A stretch of 64,000 nucleotides of DNA from contig JASFQK010000021.1 in the NCBI GenBank assembly GCA_050115495.1, positions 32,001 to 96,000 on the forward strand. The letters run 5' to 3'. This DNA comes from Phycisphaerae bacterium. GTDB lineage: Bacteria; Planctomycetota; Phycisphaerae; UBA1845; Fen-1342. Each line of letters opens with the position of its first letter. The stretch's first letter is position 1. This document shows positions 17,673 through 27,074 of the stretch, piece by piece. The translations under genes were made by a program, and so were the position numbers. Below the pieces are notes generated by a model that did no database searches, had not been told where the DNA came from, and saw only the letters and a program-made list of their open reading frames with translations.

Positions 17673-20435
17673 ATGCGACGAGCGCTGGCCCTGGGTTTGT
17701 TGGTTTGTTCTGCCCAGCTTGCCGTGGGCGAGATGGTCATCTCGGAGTGGATGTATGGCGGCGCCGACGGTGAATTCGTGGAGTTCACAAACACCGGGCC
17801 GTACACCGTGGATATGACCGGCTGGAGCTTCGACGACGACAGCGCCATCCCGGGCACGGTGGACCTGAGCGCCTTCGGCGTGGTTGAGCCGGGCGAGTCG
17901 GTCATTCTGACCGAGGCGACGGCGGTGGACTTCGCCGTAGCGTGGGGTCTGAGCGGCGTTGCCATCATCGGCGACCTGTCGGCGAACCTCAGCCGCAACG
18001 ATCAGATCAACCTGTATGACGCCGGCGACGGCCTCGTCGACCAGTTGAGCTACGGCGACGAGACGTACCCTGGGACGCCTCGGGCGCAGAACGCGAGCTG
18101 CAACATCCCCGATTCCGACTACGGTTACACAATCGCCCAGACGAGCTGGGTGCTGGCGACGGTCGGAGACGCGTACGGCTCGTGGCTGTCCGCGGGCGGG
18201 GACGTGGCCAGCCCCGGGCGCATCGTCGGCTACGCGCCGAGCGATTTCGACTGGGACGGCGACGTGGACGAGGCCGATTTCGACGCCCTGAGCTGCTGCC
18301 TGGCAGGGCCGGACGTGTCGTACGACCCGCCGCCGGTGGAGTGCGGCCTGGTGCCCGACGCCGAGGGGTTCTTCACCGCTGACTACGACAAGGACAGCGA
18401 CGTGGACTTGGTCGATTTCTCGGTGTTCCAGGGGTGCTTCAGCGGGGCGGACAACCCGGCGGACATCACCTGCGGCGTCCTGGAAGAGCCGCACGAAGAC
18501 ACGTACATCACGCTGAACGGTGACTGGATCGCGGTAGACGGCAGCGGGGTCACGGTGGACGGGACCGAGGCGACGATCACGGTGCCGGGCACGTATCACG
18601 TCGTCGGCACGCTGGACGATGGGCGGATCGTCGTGAATGCGGCGGGCGGCCTGGTGCAGATGCTCCTGGAGGGCGTGGACATCACGAACTCCGAGAACGC
18701 GCCGGTCTTCGTAATGAGTGCCGGCAGCGTCGAGGTCGTCCTGGCTAACCAGACGGTCAACTACCTGACGGACGCGACCACCTACGTCTATCCGGACCCG
18801 GAAGACCCCGAGCCGGATGCCGCCCTGTTCAGCAAGGCCCCCATGACGATCTCGGGCACGGGCACGCTCGTCGTGCAGGGCAATTACCAGGACGGGATCG
18901 CCGGCAAGGACGAGTTGATCATCACCGGCGGCACGCTGGACGTGACAGCGGTGGATGACGGCATCCGCGGCCGGGACTACCTGCGGATCACCGGCGGCGA
19001 TTTCACGATCGAGTGCGACGGCGACGGTCTGAAGGCCACCAACGACGAGGACCCGCTGCTGGGCTACATCACGCTCGAAGACGGGACGTATGACATCACG
19101 TCCGGCGGCGACGGCATCGCGGCCGAGACGCACGCCAACATCAGCGGCGGCGGCTACACGCTGCTGTGTGGCGGCGGCCACACGGTGACCCTCCCCACCG
19201 ACGTTTCCGCCAAGGGCGTCAAGGGGTTGGCCGGCGTCGATATCAGCGGCGGCACGTTCGACATGGACTGCGCCGATGACGGCGTTCACTCCAACGACAC
19301 CGTGACGATCAGCGAAGCCTCGCTGACGATCGCGACCAACGACAACCTCACGGCCGGCTACGGGGACGGCGTGCACGCCGACAACCTGACCCACATCATC
19401 AGCGGGTCGGTGATCATCACCTCATGCTACGAAGGCATCGAGGGCGGGAACATCACCATCGACGACGGCATCATCAACGTCACGTCGTCGAACGACGCCA
19501 TCGACGCAGTGAGCAACATCGTCATCAACGGTGGGCAGTTCACGATTCTCTCCGGCGGCGGGCACCTGGTCACCATTCCGTCGAGCCGCTCGGCGAAGGC
19601 GATCAAGGGACTGGTCAGCGTGACCATCGGCGGCGGCACGTTCGACATCGACGCGGCCGACGACGGTCTCCACTCCGATAACGCCGTGACCGTCAGCGGC
19701 GGCGACCTGACCATTGCGACGAACAGCAGCACGTCCGCCAGCTACGGCGACGGCGTCCATGCCGAGTACTCCTTTCACATGACGGGCGGCAGCATCAACG
19801 TCACGACCGCCTTTGAGGGGCTCGAAAGCCGGGTCATCACGATCGACGACGGTGCCATCCGGGTGAACACGAGCGATGACGGCATCAACGCCGCCGGTGC
19901 CTCCGGGCTGAACAACTACATTCACATCAACGGCGGGTACATCGCGGTTTACGCGCAGGGTGACGGCATCGACGCCAACGGCCACATCACGATGAGCGGC
20001 GGCACGGTGATCGTGCATGGGCCGACGGGCAACTTCAACGGCGCGATCGATTACGACGGCACCTTCAATATCAGCGGTGGATTCCTGATCGCCGCCGGCA
20101 GCGCGGGAATGGCGCAGGCGCCGAGCACGTCGTCGACGCAGCGTTCCATCAAGATCACGTACGGATCCAACAAGGCCGCCGGCACGCTGGCGCACTTGCA
20201 GCTCACGAACAGCCCGTACACGAGCATCTTCACATTCGCGCCATCCAAGATCTACCGGTCGGTCGTGTTCTCGTCGCCGGCTCTGACGCAAGGCACGTCG
20301 TACGGGCTGTACACCGGCGGCAGTTGCACGGGCATGGCGATCGACGGCCTGTACACGGACGGCACGTACTCGGGTGGCACGAGGACGAACACGATCACGA
20401 CGTACAACATCGTGACGAACGTGTACGCACCCTGA
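17673..20435 (+). CDS. Exported lamin-tail domain + dockerin-like + Cthe_2159/DUF4353-like beta-helix carbohydrate-binding protein
   Basis: VISEWMY..EFVEFTN; DFDWDGDVD/DYDKDSDVD; TITVPGTY, DGIxG, I.GG repeats, GDGIDANG. Confidence 0.88.
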   Translation: MRRALALGLLVCSAQLAVGEMVISEWMYGGADGEFVEFTNTGPYTVDMTGWSFDDDSAIPGTVDLSAFGVVEPGESVILTEATAVDFAVAWGLSGVAIIGDLSANLSRNDQINLYDAGDGLVDQLSYGDETYPGTPRAQNASCNIPDSDYGYTIAQTSWVLATVGDAYGSWLSAGGDVASPGRIVGYAPSDFDWDGDVDEADFDALSCCLAGPDVSYDPPPVECGLVPDAEGFFTADYDKDSDVDLVDFSVFQGCFSGADNPADITCGVLEEPHEDTYITLNGDWIAVDGSGVTVDGTEATITVPGTYHVVGTLDDGRIVVNAAGGLVQMLLEGVDITNSENAPVFVMSAGSVEVVLANQTVNYLTDATTYVYPDPEDPEPDAALFSKAPMTISGTGTLVVQGNYQDGIAGKDELIITGGTLDVTAVDDGIRGRDYLRITGGDFTIECDGDGLKATNDEDPLLGYITLEDGTYDITSGGDGIAAETHANISGGGYTLLCGGGHTVTLPTDVSAKGVKGLAGVDISGGTFDMDCADDGVHSNDTVTISEASLTIATNDNLTAGYGDGVHADNLTHIISGSVIITSCYEGIEGGNITIDDGIINVTSSNDAIDAVSNIVINGGQFTILSGGGHLVTIPSSRSAKAIKGLVSVTIGGGTFDIDAADDGLHSDNAVTVSGGDLTIATNSSTSASYGDGVHAEYSFHMTGGSINVTTAFEGLESRVITIDDGAIRVNTSDDGINAAGASGLNNYIHINGGYIAVYAQGDGIDANGHITMSGGTVIVHGPTGNFNGAIDYDGTFNISGGFLIAAGSAGMAQAPSTSSTQRSIKITYGSNKAAGTLAHLQLTNSPYTSIFTFAPSKIYRSVVFSSPALTQGTSYGLYTGGSCTGMAIDGLYTDGTYSGGTRTNTITTYNIVTNVYAP

Positions 20436-20514
20436 CGGGTCGTTGGGTACACTGGGTGCCTGGTGTCCCGCGCCGGCCGGCGCGGGACGCCGGGTGTGTA
20501 CGCGGACGAACGAT

Positions 20515-21189
20515 ATGCGCGTGCTCATCGTCGAGGATCAGCAGCGGCTGCGGCACTGGCTGAAGAAGGGCCTGAGCGAAGCCGATTTCGTCGTAGACGC
20601 CACGGGCGACGGCCAGGAAGGGCTGTGGTACGCGCGGGGCAATACGTACGACGCCATCGTCCTGGACCTGATGCTGCCCGGGGTGGACGGGCTGAGCATT
20701 CTGCGGCAACTGCGGGCGGCGGGCCGTGACGACCCGGTGCTCATTCTCACCGCTCGGGACACGGTGCCGGACCGCGTCCAGGGGCTGGATCTGGGGGCCG
20801 ACGATTACCTGGTCAAGCCGTTCGCCTTTGAGGAACTGCTGGCGCGCGTGCGGGCCCTGGTCCGCCGGCGGTACGGCAATCGCAGCTCCCTCCTCGAGAT
20901 CGGCGATTTGCGCATCGATACGGCCAAGCGGCAGGTGTGCCGCGACGGAGAAGAGGTCGAGCTGCGAGCGATGGAGTACAAGATCCTGGAATACCTGGCG
21001 CGGCGGGCTGGCGAGACCGTCTCCCGCGCCGAGATCTGGGAGCAGCTCTACGACTTCGGCGCGCAGACGATGAGCAACGTCGTGGACGTGCACATCAGCA
21101 GCCTGCGGCGGAAGATCGATCGGCCGGGAGAGACGAGCCGCATCCAGACGCGTCGCGGCCTCGGCTACATGCTGGGAGCGGGGCCATGA
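20515..21189 (+). CDS. OmpR-family response regulator
   Basis: LIVED, LDLMLPG, GADDYLVKPF, NVVDVHI, TRRGLGY. Confidence 0.95.
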   Translation: MRVLIVEDQQRLRHWLKKGLSEADFVVDATGDGQEGLWYARGNTYDAIVLDLMLPGVDGLSILRQLRAAGRDDPVLILTARDTVPDRVQGLDLGADDYLVKPFAFEELLARVRALVRRRYGNRSSLLEIGDLRIDTAKRQVCRDGEEVELRAMEYKILEYLARRAGETVSRAEIWEQLYDFGAQTMSNVVDVHISSLRRKIDRPGETSRIQTRRGLGYMLGAGP

Positions 21190-22763
21190 CGCCGTCGCTG
21201 CGCTCGCGGCTGGTCCTGGGCATGTTCGTGGGGATCGCGGCGCTGCTGATCATCGCGGGGACAACGATCTACACGGTGCAGCAGCGGCAGCTCTATCGCG
21301 CGTTCGACGACACGCTGCTGAACAGTGCCAATGCCCTGACGCTGCTGATCCACCGCGGTCCGTTCGGCAACTGGTTCGACACGAACCGGCTGGAACGCCT
21401 GCCGGCCGGGCAGATTCGCCAGGGGGCAGTATTCCAGATCTGGAGCGATCAGCCGATCGACATGCTGCCTGCGGGGTGGAACAGAGACGCCGGCGAGGAT
21501 GAGGAGGAGCCCTCCGGGCCGCCGGACTGGCCGCTCGGGCCACCGCCGGACGAACCGTTTGGCGAACCCTTCGGGGAGCCGCCGGACGAGTGGCGGTGGC
21601 GGATGCCGGGCGAGTTGGTGATTCGTTCGGAGTCGCTGGACGGGGCGGACCTGCCGCAGCTCGCCGGGGCGGGGGATAAACCCCGTTTCGAGCGGATCAC
21701 GCTGCCGGACGGCTCGCCAGGTCGGGCCGTCGGGTTGCACGTGCAGATGGCCGGGCGTGGTCCGGGGCCGCGTCGTCCCCCACCGATCAAGCTGACCACT
21801 GTTGTTGCGGCCAGCACCGTGGAGATCGACAAGCAACTGAGCTTCCTGTTGGCGTTGCTGATCGTGACGGCGGCGGGGACGATGGCTGTGGCGGGCGGCG
21901 TGGCCTGGCTGGTGGTGAGTCGCGGGTTGCGCCCGCTGGACGCCGTGGCGAAGCAGATCGCCAATCTGGACGAAACGGGCCTCAAGGAACACATCGCCGA
22001 TCGCGGCGTGCCGCGGGAGATCGAGCCGGTCGTCCAGCAGCTCAACGCGCTGCTCGGGCGGCTCGACGGCGCCTTCGAGCGTGAACGGGCCCTCACGGCC
22101 GACGTGGCTCACGAGCTGCGCACGCCGGTGGCGGAGATCCGAGCGATCACCGACGTGGCGTTGAGCCGCCTGCGGGATCCGCAGGATTACCGCCAGGCGT
22201 TGGGGGACATCGCCGACACGATCAAGACGCTGCAAGGGCTGATCGAGAAGCTACTGACGCTCGCGCGGCTCGAGACGGGGCAGTTGAAGCCGGAGCTGAC
22301 ATCCATCCCGCTGAAGCCCGTGGTCGAGCAGCACTGGATGCTGGTCCAGCCAACGGCGGAGTCGCGCAAAGTCACGCTTGAGGACCGCTGCCCGCCGGAC
22401 GTGCTGGTGGCGGCGGACCCGAAGCTGCTGGAGATGGTCCTGGCGAACGCGCTGACCAACGCCGCGGAGTACGCCCGCGGCGACAGCCGGGTCATCGTGG
22501 AGGCCGCGTGCGTTGGGCAGCACCGGACGCTGATCGTGGGCAATGCGGGTTGTCCGCTGAGTGAAGAGGAAGTGGCCCGAGCCTTCGAGCGGTTCTGGCG
22601 AGCCGACACGGCCCGCAGCCGGAGCGGCCTCAACTGCGGACTCGGGCTGACACTCGTACGACGGGCGATGGAAGCGATGGGCGGAACGGCGGAGGCCACC
22701 GTGAACGCCGACCAGTGGTTCACACTGACGCTCATGTTTCCGCCGGCGGAGGCGGCGGCCTGA
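21186..22763 (+). CDS. Sensor histidine kinase (2 TM, HAMP, HisKA, HATPase)
   Basis: AHELRTP, NALTNA, FERFWR, GLGL; Pro-rich periplasmic loop; ATGA overlap with the regulator. Confidence 0.93.
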   Translation: MTPSLRSRLVLGMFVGIAALLIIAGTTIYTVQQRQLYRAFDDTLLNSANALTLLIHRGPFGNWFDTNRLERLPAGQIRQGAVFQIWSDQPIDMLPAGWNRDAGEDEEEPSGPPDWPLGPPPDEPFGEPFGEPPDEWRWRMPGELVIRSESLDGADLPQLAGAGDKPRFERITLPDGSPGRAVGLHVQMAGRGPGPRRPPPIKLTTVVAASTVEIDKQLSFLLALLIVTAAGTMAVAGGVAWLVVSRGLRPLDAVAKQIANLDETGLKEHIADRGVPREIEPVVQQLNALLGRLDGAFERERALTADVAHELRTPVAEIRAITDVALSRLRDPQDYRQALGDIADTIKTLQGLIEKLLTLARLETGQLKPELTSIPLKPVVEQHWMLVQPTAESRKVTLEDRCPPDVLVAADPKLLEMVLANALTNAAEYARGDSRVIVEAACVGQHRTLIVGNAGCPLSEEEVARAFERFWRADTARSRSGLNCGLGLTLVRRAMEAMGGTAEATVNADQWFTLTLMFPPAEAAA

Positions 22764-22831
22764 CGGAGAACATCGGAGATGGAATGGGTTATCGGTCGTA
22801 ACGCGAATTGCGGCGGACCGAGCCGCAACCA

Positions 22832-22865
22832 TTTCATCCTCTATTCACACTCGGTTTGGTAGGAT
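22832..22865 (+). promoter_or_regulatory. OmpR/PhoB-type direct-repeat box plus -10
   Basis: TTCAT(22833)/TTCAC(22844), then TAGGAT at 22860; same 27-nt offset as the 17244 site. Confidence 0.6.
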
Positions 22866-22983
22866 GGTGCGTGTCGCGGCGTATCCGCGGCCGTGGAGTA
22901 CCAGGACATGCGCCCGCACGGGCGGGAGGCGAGGGTGTCCCCGTCGTGAAAACCGGTTTGGGCGCAGGGAAGGAGACAGTGTC

Positions 22984-23610
22984 ATGAAATGCGCATGGGT
23001 GGTTGCTCTGGCCGTGTGTCTGGCGCAGTTCGCGTCGGGCGACGTGGTCATCTCGGAGTGGATGTACAGCGGCTCAGACGGGGAGTACGTCGAGTTCACC
23101 AACGTCGGCACCGAGCCGGTGGACATGACGAACTGGAGCTACAGCGACAGCGACGCGCAACCCGGCGACGTGTCATTCCTCGACGTCTTCGGCATCGTCC
23201 AGCCGGGCGAATCCGTGATCCTGACCGAGATGGGGGCGGAAGATTTCCGCATCGCCTGGTGGCTCGACAGCACCGTCAAGATCTTCGGCCCGAACGACAA
23301 CAGCAACCTGGGCCGCAACGACACGATCAATCTCTACGACGCGGCGGGCATTCTGGTCGACACGCTGGCGTACGGCGACGAGGACTATCCCGACACGCCG
23401 CGGACGAAGGACGCCAGCTGCAACATCCCGGCATCCGACTACGGTTACACAGTGGCTCAGACGACCTGGACGCTGGCTGCGGTCGGCGATTCGTTCGGCT
23501 CGTGGACGTCCGTCGGTGGCGACATCGGTACGCCCGGCTGCATTCCGGAGCCGGCCACGGCGGCGCTGCTGCTGATCGGCGGCCTGATGGTTGGCTGCCG
23601 TCGGCGGTAG
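22984..23610 (+). CDS. Lamin-tail domain protein with a PEP-CTERM sorting signal
   Basis: Signal peptide; domain closely similar to the N-terminus of the 17673 gene; IPEPATAALLLIGGLMVGCRRR. Confidence 0.9.
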   Translation: MKCAWVVALAVCLAQFASGDVVISEWMYSGSDGEYVEFTNVGTEPVDMTNWSYSDSDAQPGDVSFLDVFGIVQPGESVILTEMGAEDFRIAWWLDSTVKIFGPNDNSNLGRNDTINLYDAAGILVDTLAYGDEDYPDTPRTKDASCNIPASDYGYTVAQTTWTLAAVGDSFGSWTSVGGDIGTPGCIPEPATAALLLIGGLMVGCRRR

Positions 23611-23918
23611 GCCCCCGAGTCTCCTCCCCGGGTCCATCGCGGATCGCCGCGCGGGCCCGCTCATACCGGCGGCACGGGTGCCGATTCACCGATCATCGCC
23701 GGAGGATGCGGAGCGAGCGGGCGGACACGATGGTGCACCCACGTAGCGGCCTGCTTCCGAGGAACAGGCCGGACCGCTACGAACGTTGTCGGCGCGGGGG
23801 GGGCGCCCCCCCGCGCCGGCAGACTCCACAGGAGATTCGTTGCGACCGTTTCGTCGGGGGCGGGCGGTCTGCGCCGACGACTTCTCGGCTGACCGGAGGG
23901 CGCTAAGCAGCCCAGCGG

Positions 23919-24686
23919 CTAGGACAGCTTGTGGCCCTGAACATCACGCCGCTTGACGCCGACGATCGCCACGTAATGGAGCGGGTGATGGTCCGTCGCC
24001 AGACGGTGCTGATAGCGTTCGCGGCGGCGCAACTCCAGCGTGCCGTCGTCCAGCATGGCCCGGACCAGCCGGGAGAAGCCGGAGTGATCTCCATTCGAGA
24101 GGAAGTCTTCCTTGATGTTGAAGGCGATCCAACCGCCGACGTCGATCAGGTTGTACGCGGAGATGAATGCCTCGGTCGGGATGTCGCCGAAACCAAGGGC
24201 CGCTACGCAGGTCAACGCGTTGAAGCGGCAACCGGCCAGCTCGCGGCGGTTTCCCTCGTTCAGGGTGGCCATGTCGAGAACATAGTAGTTGTCGTAGGAC
24301 CCGGGCCGGTCGCGCTCCGCGGCCTCGGCGGCTTTCTCGATGATGTCCACGCCCACGATGAACTTGGCGCCCAGATCGGTCAGCTCGTCGGCGACGATGC
24401 CGTTACCAGCGCCGAGGTCCAGGACGCGCAGGTCGTCGGCGGACATGGGCGCATCGGCCAGCTCGGCCTCCAGCAGGCGACGGACGACGCGGGGGGAATC
24501 GCAACCCAGGATGTCGTAGATAACCTTCTCGTAGAGCCCGGGAACCGAGTAGAGCTCGTCATAATCGTGAAAGCGAATCTGACGCCACTCGCCGTTGACG
24601 CGGACAACACACCATTCCGCGTCCTGCGTCAGAGACAGACCCGGCTCCGGCAGAGCCACAATCAGACCGTTGTTATCCGAACTCAC
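23919..24686 (-). CDS. Class I SAM-dependent methyltransferase
   Basis: VLDLGAGNG, IVGVDI; GTG start after GAGG. Confidence 0.85.
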   Translation of the reverse strand: MSSDNNGLIVALPEPGLSLTQDAEWCVVRVNGEWRQIRFHDYDELYSVPGLYEKVIYDILGCDSPRVVRRLLEAELADAPMSADDLRVLDLGAGNGIVADELTDLGAKFIVGVDIIEKAAEAAERDRPGSYDNYYVLDMATLNEGNRRELAGCRFNALTCVAALGFGDIPTEAFISAYNLIDVGGWIAFNIKEDFLSNGDHSGFSRLVRAMLDDGTLELRRRERYQHRLATDHHPLHYVAIVGVKRRDVQGHKLS

Positions 24687-24757
24687 CGAGCGTCCTCTCT
24701 TCCTACCCCCCTGCTGAGCAGCCCTCATGGACTGCGTGCCGCACTGTCGTCCGCCCC

Positions 24758-25285
24758 CTATGTCGTTTCGCCTGAGGCCGCTTCCACCGGCTCCGCGCCG
24801 GAACGAGAATCCAGCGGGCCGGCGATCAGAATTGGCGAGGCCTCGAGCGTCTGAACGTCCATCATTTCCGCGATGCGCTGGAGCGAGGCGAGCGTCTGGA
24901 ACCGTTCCCAGTCCTTCAACTTGGCGAGCTCCTCACGAAACCGATCCTGCAACAGCGAGGGGGCGTTCTTCAGCACGTCCCGCCCCGCCGTCGTGACCTT
25001 CACGTTCACGCTGCGGCCGTCCTGAGCGTGGCGGAAACGTTCGATGTAACCCACGCGTTCGAGCCGCTGCACGATGCCCGTGAGGGTCGGCTGCCCGACA
25101 TGGATCGCCCGAGCCAGTTCGCCGACGGAGCACTCGCCCAACCGCTCCGCGGCCCGCAGTGTGGCGAGTTGGGGCCAGGTCAACCCGACCTCGTGCACGA
25201 GATGGTGGGAATGCAGGTCGACGCCCCGCATGATTCGGCGAAGGGCGACGACGATCTCGTCCTCGACGGTCAATGAACGATCCAT
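24758..25285 (-). CDS. MarR-family transcriptional regulator
   Basis: ALRRIMR, GLTWPQL, TLTGIVQRLE, DGRSV..T..G. Confidence 0.9.
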   Translation of the reverse strand: MDRSLTVEDEIVVALRRIMRGVDLHSHHLVHEVGLTWPQLATLRAAERLGECSVGELARAIHVGQPTLTGIVQRLERVGYIERFRHAQDGRSVNVKVTTAGRDVLKNAPSLLQDRFREELAKLKDWERFQTLASLQRIAEMMDVQTLEASPILIAGPLDSRSGAEPVEAASGETT

Positions 25286-25588
25286 ACTCTGCTCGGCGCT
25301 CCAGTTAGATTGAACGCTAAGCATATCATGTTCCACGCAGGGCCGCAACGCTTCCGCCGGCCCAGGAAGGATCATATAAGCATTTTGTTTGCAGCAAGTT
25401 AACATCGCCAGCCGGAATATGCGGACGCTCAGCGCCTTCAGGCTATCGCTTGTATGCGAAATATATTCGTGTCGGGGCGCGGAGTGAACGCCCGCGCCGA
25501 CGCGGACGGTTGCCCAGGGGCGTCCCATCCGCCGGCGTCATGCATGGCAGCCGCAGGAGCACCTCTCCCGTATGCGGCTGGGCGGGGT

Positions 25589-25846
25589 CTAAGTCAACGT
25601 GAGCGCCGGCCTTCCGCCAGCGCTCTGCAGATCCATCGTCTTTCCGCTGAGGAATTCGGCGGTCATCGCGTCGAACACGAGCACCGTGTTCTCATTGTGC
25701 GTGACGACCTCGTCCTCAGGCTTCTGCTCGTCCCATTTGAACTCGAGACGCCCCTCCTGCCTGCCGAGGCGGAGCGTCTTGCCTTCCGGAGCGCCTTGAG
25801 CCATCTCATGAAGACGAGCGGCAGCAGCATCGGTGACAGCAAACAC
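25589..25846 (-). CDS. Small HesB/IscA-fold-like protein lacking Cys ligands
   Basis: Strong AAAGGAGG RBS; VTDAAAARL...LRL...D..V...VLVFD...L.G.T.D pattern. Confidence 0.55.
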   Translation of the reverse strand: MFAVTDAAAARLHEMAQGAPEGKTLRLGRQEGRLEFKWDEQKPEDEVVTHNENTVLVFDAMTAEFLSGKTMDLQSAGGRPALTLT

Positions 25847-26176
25847 GCCATCCTCCTTTCGATTTGGAACAGGGGACCTCCCGACCTGCACAACGCCGAG
25901 ACGCCACCCCGAGAGCACGTAACACCCACTCTCCAGCATGGTACCGCTCAATTGCTTCGTGTCAAATCGTTCGCACACGTCGGTACCGCTCCCGCTGGCA
26001 ACTCTAAGTCATTTAGCCCACGAAGTATATGGATATCAGTTTTGTCACCGCCGTATGCGGTTGACGCATGAACGCTTTCACTGCAATATAATTTGCCGTC
26101 GGGCGCGGGGGACCGCCGCCGTGAGGGATGTCTCTGGTTAGCAGTGTGAGAACGTGGGGGCGAAGGCAGGAGAGTC

Positions 26177-26455
26177 GTGGACAACGGACGGGAACAACTC
26201 GAGGAACTGGGCGCGCGGCTCGACGCCCTGTCCCGCGATGCGAAGAGGCTGAAGGGTGAGTCTTCCCGGGGGCTGGAGCAGTCGCTCCGCTCGCTCCGCG
26301 AACAATGGTCCACCCTCCGGGAGGAGCTGGACGCGATCGAGGTGCTGGGCGGCGAGCCCGGCAGCAACATGATCGTCGCCCTGCAGCAATCGCTGACCAA
26401 CCTGGCCGGCGCCTGTGCAGAGGCGGAGAAGCGGCTCGGGAGCCAGGGCAACTGA
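26177..26455 (+). CDS. Small coiled-coil hypothetical protein
   Basis: AGGAG RBS, amphipathic heptads. Confidence 0.55.
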   Translation: MDNGREQLEELGARLDALSRDAKRLKGESSRGLEQSLRSLREQWSTLREELDAIEVLGGEPGSNMIVALQQSLTNLAGACAEAEKRLGSQGN

Positions 26456-26531
26456 TCGAACGGCGACACTCCAGCACACCCGCTCGCGGGGGGATGTCAC
26501 CGAGCACTCCAAGCGGTCGACCAGAGAGCCG

Positions 26532-27038
26532 TCACTCCGACGGGCTCTTGGCCAGGCCGCTCACTGCTCGCTTGACGGCGCGGAGCAGGTCTTCGCCCCG
26601 AAGGTCCTTGTCGATCACCACGCCGTCGGGGCCGATCAGGAACGTCGCCGGGATGGCACCTACGCCGTAGAGGTTGGCTATCGGACTGTCGGGCCCCTTC
26701 TCGGCCCAGATCTGCGTCCAGGGCAGCTCCTGTTTGGCGACGTAGTCGCGGGCGGTCTGGGCGGTACGATCGAAGCTGATGCCGACCACGACGAGGCCGT
26801 CTTTCGCGTACTCCTCGTAGGCTTTCTTCACATTGAGCAACTCGGCGACACAGGGGCCGCACCAGGTCGCCCAGAAGTCCAGCAGCACGACCTTGCCCCG
26901 CAGGGCCGACAGCTTGAACGGCTGGCCGTCGAGCGTGGTGACCTCGAAGTCCGGCGCCGGCTTGCCACGGTAGACGCCCTGCACTTTGACCTTCTCGATA
27001 TTCCAGGTGAGCTTGCTCTGCCCGACCGGCAGAGTCAT
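26532..27038 (-). CDS. TlpA-family thioredoxin-like domain (probably the C-terminal part of a UGA-readthrough fusion with 27075-28103)
   Basis: PAPDF, GKVVLLDFWATWCGPC, YGVGAIPATFLI; no signal peptide; in frame with the upstream ORF. Confidence 0.88.
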   Translation of the reverse strand: MTLPVGQSKLTWNIEKVKVQGVYRGKPAPDFEVTTLDGQPFKLSALRGKVVLLDFWATWCGPCVAELLNVKKAYEEYAKDGLVVVGISFDRTAQTARDYVAKQELPWTQIWAEKGPDSPIANLYGVGAIPATFLIGPDGVVIDKDLRGEDLLRAVKRAVSGLAKSPSE

Positions 27039-27074
27039 CTCCTTTGACCAGGAGACGTCGCGGGGCGTCGGGCC

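Noticed and set aside
17517..19394. 625-aa minus-strand ORF and similar long antisense ORFs (5151-6437, 28228-29985, 30698-32485)
   Set aside because: Mirror frames of real genes with no independent coding signal
26061..26092. TTGACG...TATAAT as a sigma70 promoter
   Set aside because: Spacing is 20 nt; an alternative -10 is possible but not supportable
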